Shown in pieces: positions 27,383 through 39,240 of a stretch of DNA of 64,000 nt (positions within the stretch are counted from its first letter, which is position 1; every line of letters starts with the position of its first letter). Under the pieces are notes generated by a model. It did not search any database and had not been told where the DNA came from. It saw nothing but the letters and a program-made list of their open reading frames with translations. Source of the DNA: Octopus sinensis (lineage: Eukaryota); assembly GCF_006345805.1 (NCBI RefSeq), contig NC_042997.1, positions 30,380,001 through 30,444,000 of the forward strand, in the 5' to 3' direction. The translations under genes and the position numbers were made by a program.

Positions 27383-28769
27383 GCGCGCGCTTATCTTATT
27401 CTACTACATTGCATCCGAAAGTCATATTAAAATTCGAGGAAACTAGTCAGCTGGTAGACGTACACATGTAGAAAACACGCACACACAGGAACACACACAT
27501 GCACATATGTGTTTATGTACGTGTTTGTATGTACGTGTGTGTGTATGTGGTTGCGTGCATATGCATGACTGTCTCCGTGTATGTGTGAGGTGTGAATGCG
27601 TCTCTGCTTATAAGTTCTATTTTTAGCTATCTTCCACGGCATCAGTCTCCTGTTTGGCCTTTTGCTTATATTCAAATATATTTGTCAAGGTTGCCCGTTT
27701 GTCTTTATGATATCCATCCGCGACGATCAACGTCTTTAGCCACCCAAACCCGGTCACACGTTTGTATAACATTTGCACTCACACACACACACACACACGG
27801 ATTCAAGGAGCGCTCAAGCTTCTAGAAATAGCAACCAAATCTCATTTTATTCGCAAACCAGCTGATTTTAAAATCGAAAGGTACACTGGATAATGGCATG
27901 TATATTTATTATTAATATATTCTGTAAGACGGCGAGCTGGCAGAATCGTTACCACGCTGGACGAAATACTTAGCAGTATTTCGCCCGTCACTACGTTCTG
28001 AGTGCAAATCCCGCCGAGGCCGACTTTGCCTTTCATCCTTTCGAGATCGAAAAGATGAAACACTGGGCTCGATGTAATCGACTAGTCTCTTCACCCCAAA
28101 TTTCAGGTCTTGTGCCTATAGTAGGCTCGAACGCAAATAGCTTTCTTCGTCACTCTAGAATAGCTCATTCTTCACGCTGGCAACATGTTCACAACATACT
28201 CGATTCATTAGTGCATTGGGTTCTGAGACACGCGAACCAAAGGACGATCTGGGAATAGACAACTTGCCTTTTCATCCAAGTTTATCAATAATAATAAAGG
28301 CACATGAATAGCAACTAGCTCGATCTACCCAAGTCCATCTGGCTGACCTTATCTAGAACCACACTAGAAAGGGTACATCTATGTAGTCATTCATTTTGCT
28401 AAAAATGGCAGTAAGATTTCCTTGTTATCGCACTCTAGTATCTTACAACACTTAGTACACATTAGATAATTTAGTCCTCGACATACCAAGTTTGAGTAAT
28501 TATCATGAGGTCATCTGGAACCATTTTGATTTTATGTCTAGTCTATATGAGTTAAGCAACAACAGAATGATAGAAATAAGATAAGTGAAATAACTCAGAT
28601 ACACCAAAGGCGTATCTGAACATACAAAAATTATGTAAGCAGGATCTTCCTTAGCTTACTCCATGAAAGTTAATAGACACACTTTGACACACTTATACAT
28701 GTAGTATAAAGAAAATATTAGTAAATAGGCTCAAACGTGAATCAGAAGCAGGCTGCTCATCCACAAGTA

Positions 28770-29075
28770 ACACCACATGTCCACACAACGGCCGTGACAA
28801 TACATAAATAGTTGTCCAAATGGAGCGACGGATGTGCAGAAATATGTGAGCGGGACAAAAGGTCCCATCAGAACCAGATTCAAAAACCACTAGTACTCGT
28901 TTAATATCCAAGATTGACGAAATTTCACATGTCTTGCAAGATATATATGGACATTGCAAGTAAAACGCTTTACATTGCGACATCAAGTGGGTGATACTGG
29001 AAAAGCGTAAATCTTACTTTAACACTAATAGGAGGTGCAGGCTTCTTCTTGCCTGAGAAAAGGATCATTACTAAA
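28770..29075 (+). pseudogene. Decayed Nematis-type GIY-YIG remnant
   Basis: Frame-broken peptides CPHNGR, KYVSGTKGPIRTRFKNH*YSF, LARYIWTLQ and IKWVILEKRKSYFNTNRRCRLLLA*EK parallel the C-terminus of the 39241 ORF. Confidence 0.6.
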
Positions 29076-30369
29076 GAACTTTGTCCACCTGATCACCTAC
29101 CTAAACTGTAAAAAGGAAATTTTCTTTCCTAGCCCCATGAGCGCAAAATTGCTTTAACATACAAGCAGTTCTTACCATTAATATCAATTTTGGAGTAACC
29201 CCATATTTTTTCTCTTTATCGAATTTTTTTGAATTAATATAAGACTCCCCCACACAGTTCTGATACATATATATAGGAGCAATCCGTCGGTTACGACGAC
29301 GAGGGTCCCAGCTGATACGATCAACGGAACAGCCTGCTCATGAAATTAACGTGCAAGTGACTGAGCAATCCGCAGACACGCGTACCCCTAACATAGTTCT
29401 CAAGGAGATTCAGTGTGACATAAAGTGTGACAAGGCGGGCCCTTTGCAATACAGGCACAACTCATTTTTGCCAGCTGAGTGGACTGGAGCAATGTGAAAT
29501 AAAGTGTCTTGCTCAAGGACACAACACGTCACCGGGAATCGAACTCATGACCTTACAATCATGAGCCGGGTGCCCTAACGACTAAGCCACACTCCTTCAC
29601 TAATACATACATATACGCACACACATATATACATGTTCATGATTACACTTGGTTTAAGTCGATCACATGAATCTCAGGTTTCAACTGGTACTTATTCTTT
29701 CCACCCCGAAAAGATTAAAGGCGAAGTCGACCACGGCGGGATAGAAAATTGGAATGAAAAGAATTGCTAAGCATTTTGTCCGATATGCTAACGCTTCTGC
29801 CAGCTTGTTACCTTCTTAATAATTCTTTCTACTATAGGCACAAGGCCTGAAATTCGGGATGGAGGAGGGGACTTGTTGATTACATCGACATCAGCGTTCA
29901 ACTGAAACCTATTTTAGTCCCGAAAGGGTTAAAGACAAAAATCGACGTAGATCTTGAGCTAAGAACGTAAAGAGCCGGAAGAAATGCCACTAAGTATTTT
30001 GTTCAGCGCCGAAACGATTCCACCAGCTCGCCGCCTTTACCTTCTTAGTGACCGTGACCGACCAGTCCATCAGATGTTGCTACACATCGCTGGTCACAAT
30101 GCGCTTCACATTGTTTTAGCCTTCAATGACGCCACCCCGCTGGCTAAGCGAGCAGGCCAACAGAAGAAAGAGTGAGAAAGTTGTGGTAAAAGAGTACAGC
30201 AGGGATCGTCACCACCACCCCTTACTGGAGCCTCGTGAAGCTTTAGGTGTTTTCGCTCAGTAAACACTCACAACGCTCAGTCTGGGAATCGAAACCGCGA
30301 TTCTACGACTGCGATTCCGCTGACCTAACCACTAGACCATTGCGCCTCCACATGCCTTCTAAGTAACAA

Positions 30370-31460
30370 TAACAATGATAATAATTGTTTTAAACTTAGG
30401 CACAAAAACCATTAATTTTAGAGGGAATGGATAGTTCATTACATTGACCCCCCAGTACTTGAACACTATTTATTCAATCGATTCGGAAGGATAAAAGGCA
30501 AAGTCTACCTCGATGACACTGGAACTCAAAACATAAAGTCGAAAGAAAATGTTGTTGAGCATTTTGTCCGAGGCGCTAACAATTTTGCCAGCTCGCCCTC
30601 ATTTTAATAATAATCCATTCTGCTATAGGCACAAGCCTGAAACATTGGAGGAGGGCTAGTCGATTGCGTCCACCCCCAGTACTCATCTAGTATTTGATTT
30701 ATCGATCCAGAAAAGATGAAAGACAAAGTTTACCTTGGCGGTATTTGAACTCGGAATGTATAAAGTCGGAAGGAATGCCACTGCGCATTTCATGCAGCTT
30801 ACTAAAGATCCTACCACTCCACCGCCTTAATAATAATAATAATCCTTTCTACTATAGACACAAAGCCTGGAATTTCAGGGAGGGGTACAGACGACTAGAT
30901 TAGTGCGCAACTGGTACTTAATTTATCAACCCGAAAGGATAAAAGCAAAGTCGACCTCGGCAAGATTTGAACTCAGAACGTAAAGAGGGAAGAAATACCT
31001 ATTTTTTACTACCCACAAGGGGCTAAACACAGAGAGGAAAAACAAGGACAGACAAACGGATTAAGTCGATTATGTCAACCCTAATGCGTAACTGGTACTT
31101 AATTTATCGACCCCGAAAAGATGAAAGGCAAAGTCGCCCTCGGCGGAATTGAAACTCAGAACGTAACGGCAGACGAAATACCACTAAACATTTTACCCGG
31201 CGCGATAACGATTGTGTCACCTCGCTGCCTTTTTAATGATAGTAATAATCCTTTCTGTGTAGGCACAAAGCTTGAAATTTGGCGGGAGGGGACTAGCTGA
31301 TTATATCGATTTCAGTGTTTCACTGATACTTAATTCATCGACCCCGAAAGGATGAAAGGCAAAGTCGACCTCGGCAGAATTTGAGCCCAGAACGTAATGA
31401 CGGACGAAATGCCGCTAATCATTTTGCCTGGCGTACTAATGTTTGTACCAGCTCACCGCC
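30370..31460 (-). repeat. Cluster/array of SINE family B
   Basis: Repeated atcgaccccgaaaggatgaaaggcaaagtcgacctcggc units. Confidence 0.8.
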
Positions 31461-31483
31461 TTACATAAATGATAATAATAATA

Positions 31484-31575
<92 letters not shown>

Positions 31576-34500
31576 GCAATGGCCAGAGTACATCCACCAG
31601 GATGTAATTGTTTGAATATCAACATACGCTCCCAGATCAAATCAGTTACCAAACAAATACAAGTTATGAATATACATTTAGAGATATACATAAACTTAAA
31701 ACATATGAAAAGTGTAAGCATGTGTGTTATTTCTCATCACAAGCCCATGGTTATATTATATTCTCGCTCCGCCTTTTGTTTACCATACGAGAAACATCTG
31801 CTTTTATAAATATGATTCCTATAAATCACTTCCATTTTAACCGACACACATAGGTCTTCTTTCTAACACGTATACAGCATCTTATTTCCTCGAGTCCGCA
31901 AGCATCATACAGTCCAATCATATTACTTTTGAATTAGATACATCCTTCTGGAAATTTTTATTTTCTTTTCGCTGCATTTATAGAGAAGAGAAATGGTTAA
32001 ATTGCCGACAGAAGAATTTAAATGAGATTATATAGGAATGAAATTTAATAATATAAGATATTTTGTCTGAATGCTGGTAGATATTAACGAACCTAGAATG
32101 CACCAAATTGATTCTTGAAGAGAGTTTCCCCAGTACACGCTGCACAGCTACTGTCAAACAAGAAGCTCTCGCTCCAAGAAACGATATAAGGATATAGACC
32201 ATAGCTAAGTATTTGTATGTGGAAGATCTTGGTGGAAATTTGAATTCTATCCTAGAGAAACGAAAGTAAGTAATGCAAGGTATTTCTTCCCACTACTTAA
32301 CTTACATTTTAACAAGTATTAACTGAAGACTTTAAATTTATACAGGTGCACAAACCTTTTTTAATTGCATTAATAATCTAAATAAGGCGACGAGCTGGCA
32401 GAATCGTTAGCACGCCGAGCAAAATGCTTTACGTTCTGAGTTCAAATTTCGCCGAGGTCGGCTTTGCCTTTCCTCCTTTTCGGGTCGATAAAGTAAGCAC
32501 TAGTTAAGTACTGGGATCGATGTAATCGATTATTCCCCTTCCTCCAAATTTCGGGTCTTGTGCCTATTGTAGAAAGGATTATCAATCTAAATGTAATCAA
32601 TTCTTTTCAACCGAGGGCCGAATCTCAACCGTGTACACTACACATTTCTAGCTTACACCTTAGCATTCATTGTTTAGTCAAGGTAATGATAATGTATATA
32701 AAAACAAAATAACAACTTTGATCGAAACTGTAATGAGACTGAGACACTCATGACACACTCAATTGTTTCGGTAACGTAAAAATTGCCAATTATTTATTAT
32801 TAGGAATTAACATCGTGTAGTAACGCGAGCTATTGCTGAAAGTTAGATAAATTTCTGACACAGTAGTCTGACTTTCCCAATCAACAACATGAGTCGAGCC
32901 AACGAAAGAGATTATGTAATGTGGTCACTCAAACTAGCAGCAAAATCTATATCAAATCACACTCTGCCGTCTTGTCTTTAAAAAGAGCGGTAACATTGGA
33001 TAATATCCTATGTAACTCTATATCTGAATAAAGACTGGGTGTTCACGGCTCGAAAAACCTTTGATCTTTCAGAGAAACAATAGAGTGTGTAAGATATATA
33101 CAAGAGGGGGAATTTTTTACTAAATGTTCAAATATTGATAGTCTACCTGAACAACTAAATAATTAAAAGCCACAGTGGAGTGGCTGTGTGGTAAGTAGCT
33201 TGCTAACCAACCACATGGTTCTGGGTTCAGTCCCACTGCGTAAATAAACCCAATCTCTGTCTTAAACGAGGGACATATTCATACGGCACAGAATGCTGTT
33301 TACCTCAATGGACGTCAGTGATTGGTTGAAATTGCAGAAATTGAAGAAAAAAAACAACAAATATCTTACAAACTATAGAATTTTCTCAATAAAGCCAAGA
33401 GAAAAAGATGTTTTATAAACACATTCTACCAGTATACGAAGTTTAAAATTTTTTAGTTACCTAGAAATTATGTTAAAAACTGCCGTTCAAACTGAAAAGA
33501 TCCCATTATCTAATGTACCCTTTCTGATCTTAAGATATTCGATATAATTTGAGAGAGATTAATTTACTATTTCTAGTAGATCAAGCGGTCACGTAGAGGC
33601 CCACTTATAGGTTTGTGTTATGTTCAGTATATGCGACTTACCTGAGTCTGTTTTCGATTTCGTGTTTCCCAGGGAAACATATATTTATATCAAACAGTGA
33701 CTGTGTAAATTTATATTAAAGGAAAATTATTTGCATTAAAATTCAAAGACGTTTTAAAAAATAAAATCCGAGTTATTTCAGTCAATTGAAACCGTTGGAT
33801 TTGCAAGCGTAAGGTGTTCTTATTAACGCAAAAATGTTTAAATAACTGCTAAGCTCGTTTGATTCGGATCTCTAGTAAGAACATTTACAAAGATGAGTTA
33901 ATCTTTTATCAAAGGAACAGATAATGAATACATTTTAGAGATTTCGGCTCTCACCCTTATTCCTGTTGTTTCGTAATCAACAGGTTTTCGCATCAGATAT
34001 TTTTAGTTATTACACACATGTGAGTGAGAACACTTTGAGATATTTTTGTTATCTAACATATGTCAGATACTGCGAGCGCTGCTTCTGATTGGTCAATCCA
34101 TGGTGATGACCCGAGGTCACGGTGACGGCACTACTTTTGTCATTTATAAGTTACAACTAAACTTCATTCATTACTTTCACGAGCAGGTAGAATGTAGCCA
34201 TGTAATTAAACAAACATACTATCTTTTTTTATACCAGATATCACTTAAAGTCATATACACATAAAATATAAACATTTCTGGTGGTAATTCAATTTTTTGT
34301 TGCCAAAAAAATCACAACATATTTCGTCTGCTCGTCGATACTCTTGCAGTGCAGGTAGATCTATCAACAAGATGGCTACTGTTGTCGATATCAAGGTGAA
34401 TGATTTTGTTAAGATTAAAATATGGTCGTTTATTCGTGTGTAATAAATAAAATACCGAACTCATTCCCTATGGATACCGTATTTATTACAACGAGTAGCT

Positions 34501-35094
34501 TGAAACTTGAGTGTCCAGCCACCGAAGCGCGATATATATATATATATATATATGGTCGCAACAGTTAAAAACAGTTCAACTAATGACCTACAGCTGAGCT
34601 TCCTTCATTCTTTTCTGCCTTTTCAGAGAAACATATGTCATGTTCAAACAATTTTTTTTGTACTCTTTATCACTTATCACTTAAACTCTCACCGGTCCCA
34701 CTTCCTGCTAGCAATTATACAACACATTACTTCCCTAGAATCCGTAGTAATCAGTTTATCTAATCGCTCTTCCCAAGTATTCACTACATCCTTCTAGGTG
34801 CATGACACTCCTGATTCAAGAATAACAGTAATATAATCAAGACGTTCACTAAGGATATGGAGTTGAATCTCATCTAGTTCTACCGTTATTTATTTCTTAA
34901 ATAGTATCATATTTGTGTCTACATATATATAATTTTTTTTACGATATTAATATGTTTTGTGGTCAGTGTTGATTCAATCTATTATTAATTAATTGACTAA
35001 TAACGTTGGGATACTTTGAAATAAAACAACATATTGTTTATTGAGATACAATCGATTGAACAGAGCAAAGCAAATTAGTCTAATTTTGCATTTT

Positions 35095-35690
35095 AATTCT
35101 TTTTACTATAGGCACAAGACCTGAAATTTTGGGAGAGGGAATAGTCGATTACATCGACCCCAGTGTTTCACTGGTACTTAATTTATCGACCTCCGAAAGG
35201 ATGAAAGGCAAAGTCGACCTCGGCGGAATATGAACTCAGAATGAAGTGACAGGGGAAATATCTATTTCTTTACTACCCGCAAGGGGCTAAACATAAAGGA
35301 GACAAACAAGTACAGGCAAACGGATTAAGTCGATTACATCGACCCCAGTGCGTCACTGGTACTTAATTTATCGACCTCCGAAAGGATGAAAGGCAAAGTC
35401 GACCTCGGCGGAATTTGAACTCAGAACGTAGTGACAGGTGAAATACCTATTTCGTTACTACCCACAAGGGGCTAAACACAGAGGTGACAGACACGGACAG
35501 ACACGGACAGACAAACGGATTAAGTCGATTACATCGACCCTAGTGCGTAACTGGTACTTAATTTATCGACCCCGAAAGGATGAAAGACAAAGTCGACCTC
35601 GGCGGAATTTGAACTCAGAACGTAGCGGCAGACGAAATACGGCTAAGCATTACGTCCGGCGCGCTAACGTTTCTGCCAGCTGGCCGCCTT
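35095..35690 (-). repeat. Tandem array of SINE family B (three units plus head)
   Basis: Same unit repeated, with the head ending gctggccgcct at about 35688. Confidence 0.85.
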
Positions 35691-36057
35691 TTTGTATTTA
35701 TTTTAATCATTGAGGGACTAAAGTAATCATTGTAAGGAAATTAGGAATTTGCTCAACTATTTTTCTATAATTCCTTCGTTTCTTATTAATTGTTTATTAT
35801 AAAATGAATATAATATTATGAATTAGCTGATCGTGCACTGGACGATTGTTGCATTATATCCGTTACTAGGATATTCAATTCTGAAATGACCCAGTTATTT
35901 TAATAAATATAAGATCCACTTGCAAGCTGAGCAGTCAGTGCAATAAATATCATGATGTAAGATCAATTCGCTGAGGTGAGCACAGCACTCATTGCATATA
36001 ATATGACAATATAGGAGCCACTAACCGAACTGAGCAATTATAATAAATATAGCAATA

Positions 36058-36230
36058 GGCGCAGGAGTGGCTGTGTGGTAAGTAGCTTGCTAACCAACCA
36101 CATGGTTCCGGGTTCAGTCCCACTGCGAGGCACCTTGGGCAAGTGTCTTCTGCTATAGCCCCGGGCCGACCAATACCTTGTGAGTGGATTTGGTAGACGG
36201 AAACTGAAAGAAGCCTGTCGTATATATGTG

Positions 36231-36299
<69 letters not shown>

Positions 36300-36510
36300 G
36301 TGCTTGTCCCCCTAGCATTGCTTGACAACCGATGCTGGTGTGTTTATGTCCCCGTCACTTAGCGGTTCAGCAAAAGAGACCGATAGAATAAGTACTGGGT
36401 TTACAAAAAGAATAAGTCCCGGGGTCGAGTTGCTCGACTAAAGGCGGTGCTCCAGCATGGCCGCAGTCAAATGACTGAAACAAGTAAAAGAGTAAAAGAG
36501 TAAAAGAGTA
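36058..36510 (+). mobile_element. tRNA-derived SINE family A, full copy
   Basis: tRNA-like head (gtggctgtgtggtaag...ggttcagtccc), an internal (TA)n(TG)n tract and a (gtaaaaga)n tail. Other copies or fragments lie at 632-790, 10225-11310, 13290-13770, 38434-38830, 42940-43100, 45470-45675, 52810-53170, 55690-55830, 59820-60345 and 60600-60815. Confidence 0.9.
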
Positions 36511-37646
36511 ATGCAGAATCCACTTGATGAGCTGAGAAGCGGCAATACTCTGATGTTGATAACAGGACCGATAGCTTGATCTGTTAAATGTAAAACTCAT
36601 TGTGGGTCTAGATCAACCACTCCAGCGCTTAGAGAAAACATTCCAGTACTATCTTATTCTGAGGATCCCCTTCAGTATTCAACCTTATTATGCTGAGAAG
36701 CCACTCCTGTACTCAGCTTAATTATGCTTATAACCCATTTGAGTACTCATCCTTGTAGTATAGAGTCGTTCCAATAACCATCCCGGGCCATATGATCTCA
36801 CTGATGTTGGTAGAGGTGGAGAGTTTGCCTTGCGTTTTAAGCAGTGTGATTTAAAACAAGCGAAAATACAATAGGGTAAATTAACTCATGCCTGAATCAA
36901 TAACTAACAAGAACAGTGAATAATTTTGACCATGGGGCCGATAAAATACAGTACTAGATAAGTACTTCGGTTGATCTAATCTGTTATACCCAACCCCAAG
37001 AATTGAGACCTTGAAATATAGTCAGAAAACAATTCTACAATGATCTTACTGTCTGCAGTGACAAATTTAGATTTTCGTAAAGTCTACTAATTTTGAGCTG
37101 CGGCTCAGGAAGGAGTCGAACCATTGACCGCCAATTAGTTGACTGTTCCTAATATTTGCTTAATTGCTGTTCTACCTAAATATTGAGTTTAAATAGCACT
37201 GAGGTCAGTTTTGCCTTTCATCCTTTCAAGGTTCATAAAATGCATTTGACCTCAGCACCGGTGCAGGTCTCCCTTCCTCCAGATGTTACATCCTGAATGT
37301 CAGCTGTCTCAGATGTGAGAGGTTCGAGATTATGTCTGTGTCTAATCGTGGCTGCATTGGCTCTGAAAAAATATCAAAAGCTTGATGCATGCTGATACAA
37401 TACCATACAAAAATTCTTTACTATTTATATGTATGTGTGTGTATATATTATATATACACATATATATATATACACACACATATATATACACATACATACA
37501 TATATATATACATTATATATATATATATATATATATATACATACACACACACACACCACACATATATATATATATTATATATACATATATATATATACAT
37601 ATATATGTATATACATATATATATGCATATATATAACATATATATA

Positions 37647-37695
<49 letters not shown>

Positions 37696-37739
37696 TATAT
37701 GCATATATATAAATATTATGTATGTATATATATATATGC

Positions 37740-37778
<39 letters not shown>

Positions 37779-37799
37779 CTACATGTATATACATATATA

Positions 37800-38318
37800 T
37801 ATAAAAAATTAAAAAAGAGTGAAAAAACTACAGAAGGCTTGTGTTACAAGGTTAAAGAATATATTTAAGTCCTTATGTTAGAAAAATGTTAGAAAATTTT
37901 GTGTATAGCAACATAGTTTTGGGAGAAATAACCGGTTTCGTATAGTCTTTTCAAATTTCTCAAATTTATTTATCTACACAGTGTCATGTCTTCGCATGAA
38001 GTGAAAAGTTCCAGACAGGAGAAGGTAATCAGAGATTTCTTCCGGTATAAGGGAGATAATCGCTTTATATTATTTTCTTTTTTTTTTTCAATGAGATGAG
38101 TTTCCTTGTATAAAAATATTAGAATGGTTAAGTTTTGGTTTATATTTTTCAATGAAGAATGTTTCCTTGTTTAATCTAATTTGTGTCGCTTATTTCTCCA
38201 AAAACTATGTTACTATACACAAAATTTTATAACATTTTTCTAACATAACGACTTGAATATATTCTTTAACCTTGTAACACAAGCCTTCTGTAGTTTTTTC
38301 ACTCTTTTTATTTTTTAT
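37800..38318. mobile_element. Fold-back/MITE-like element with ~130-bp inverted arms
   Basis: 37800-37931 is the reverse complement of about 38190-38318 with a few mismatches. The spacer is about 260 bp. Confidence 0.7.
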
Positions 38319-38996
38319 ACTTCCAAACACGCGATTTCACCCACCAACTCTCTCACTACATACATATATATACATATATATATACATATATATATATACA
38401 TATACATATATACATATATATATTCATATATATAGGCGTAGGAGTGGCTGTCTTGCTTACAAACCACATGGTTCCAGGTTCATTCCCACTGCGTGGCACC
38501 TTGGGTAAGTGTCTTCTACTATAGCCTCGGGCCGACCAAAGCCTTGTGAGTGGATCTGCTAGACGGAAACTGAAAGAAGCCCATCGTATATATGTATATA
38601 TATGGGTGTGTGTGTGTGTATACGTTTGTGTGTCTGTGTTTGTCCCCCCAACATCGCTTGACAACCGATGGTGGTGTGTTTACATCCCCGTAACATAGCG
38701 GTTCGGCAAAAGTGACCGATAGAATAAGTACTAGGCTTACAAAGAATAAGTCCTGGGATCGATTTGCTGACTAAGGGCGGTGCTCCAGCATGGCCACAGT
38801 CAAATGACTGAAACAAGTAAAAGAGTAAAAGAATATACTCATATATATACACATATATATATACATATATATATACATATATATATGTATACATATATAT
38901 ATAAATACATATATATAATATATATATATAAATATACATATATATATATACATACATATATATAATATATATAATATAATACATATATACATATAT

Positions 38997-39038
<42 letters not shown>

Positions 39039-39042
<4 letters not shown>

Positions 39043-39232
39043 ATAATTTTAATCCAAACAGAAAGCACAAAAAACACAACAACGCGAGGACGTGGAACAA
39101 ATATAGTATTATTGGACGCTCAGGAAAGAAGGAAAGAAGGAGGGTTTAACGTTTCGAGCGGAGCTCTTCGTCGGAAACATAGGAGAAGGAAAGATCCAGA
39201 GAAGGGAAGACATAGGAAAAAATATCGCCAAC
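39039..39232 (-). mobile_element. Short pLTR-like element with a minimal HHR, between (TA)n tracts
   Basis: Homologous to 18790-18908 (both share caaca.tgc/gcgaggac.tgg.aca...acgctcagg.aagaa...gttt.acgtttc.agc). Confidence 0.55.
39144..39178 (-). ncRNA. Minimal hammerhead with CCGACGA (U4C) core
   Basis: Minus strand reads gttt-CCGACGA-a-gagc-tcc-gctc-GAAA-CG-TT-aaac, with an ACGT palindromic stem III. A homologous half-site (GAAACGTA-aaac) lies at 18893-18908 (-). Confidence 0.55.
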
Positions 39233-39240
39233 ATATATAT

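Noticed and set aside
31984-32264. Strong acceptor and donor pair suggesting an exon
   Set aside because: All three frames contain stops. It could be a non-coding exon but is unsupported.
33245-34520. Possible DNA-transposon-derived block
   Set aside because: It looks repeat-like, but no TIR/TSD pair or coding motif could be shown.
34555-34645. GAAACATATGTC (palindromic stem III plus GUC) with an upstream CTAATGA
   Set aside because: The core is mutated at G5 and no consistent stems I and II could be drawn. At best it is a decayed half-site.
39112-39240. First 43 codons of the 743-aa ORF as a true N-terminus
   Set aside because: They derive from the antisense HHR mini-element plus (TA)n, start at TTG and show no RT similarity. 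The PLE is 5'-truncated at about 39241.
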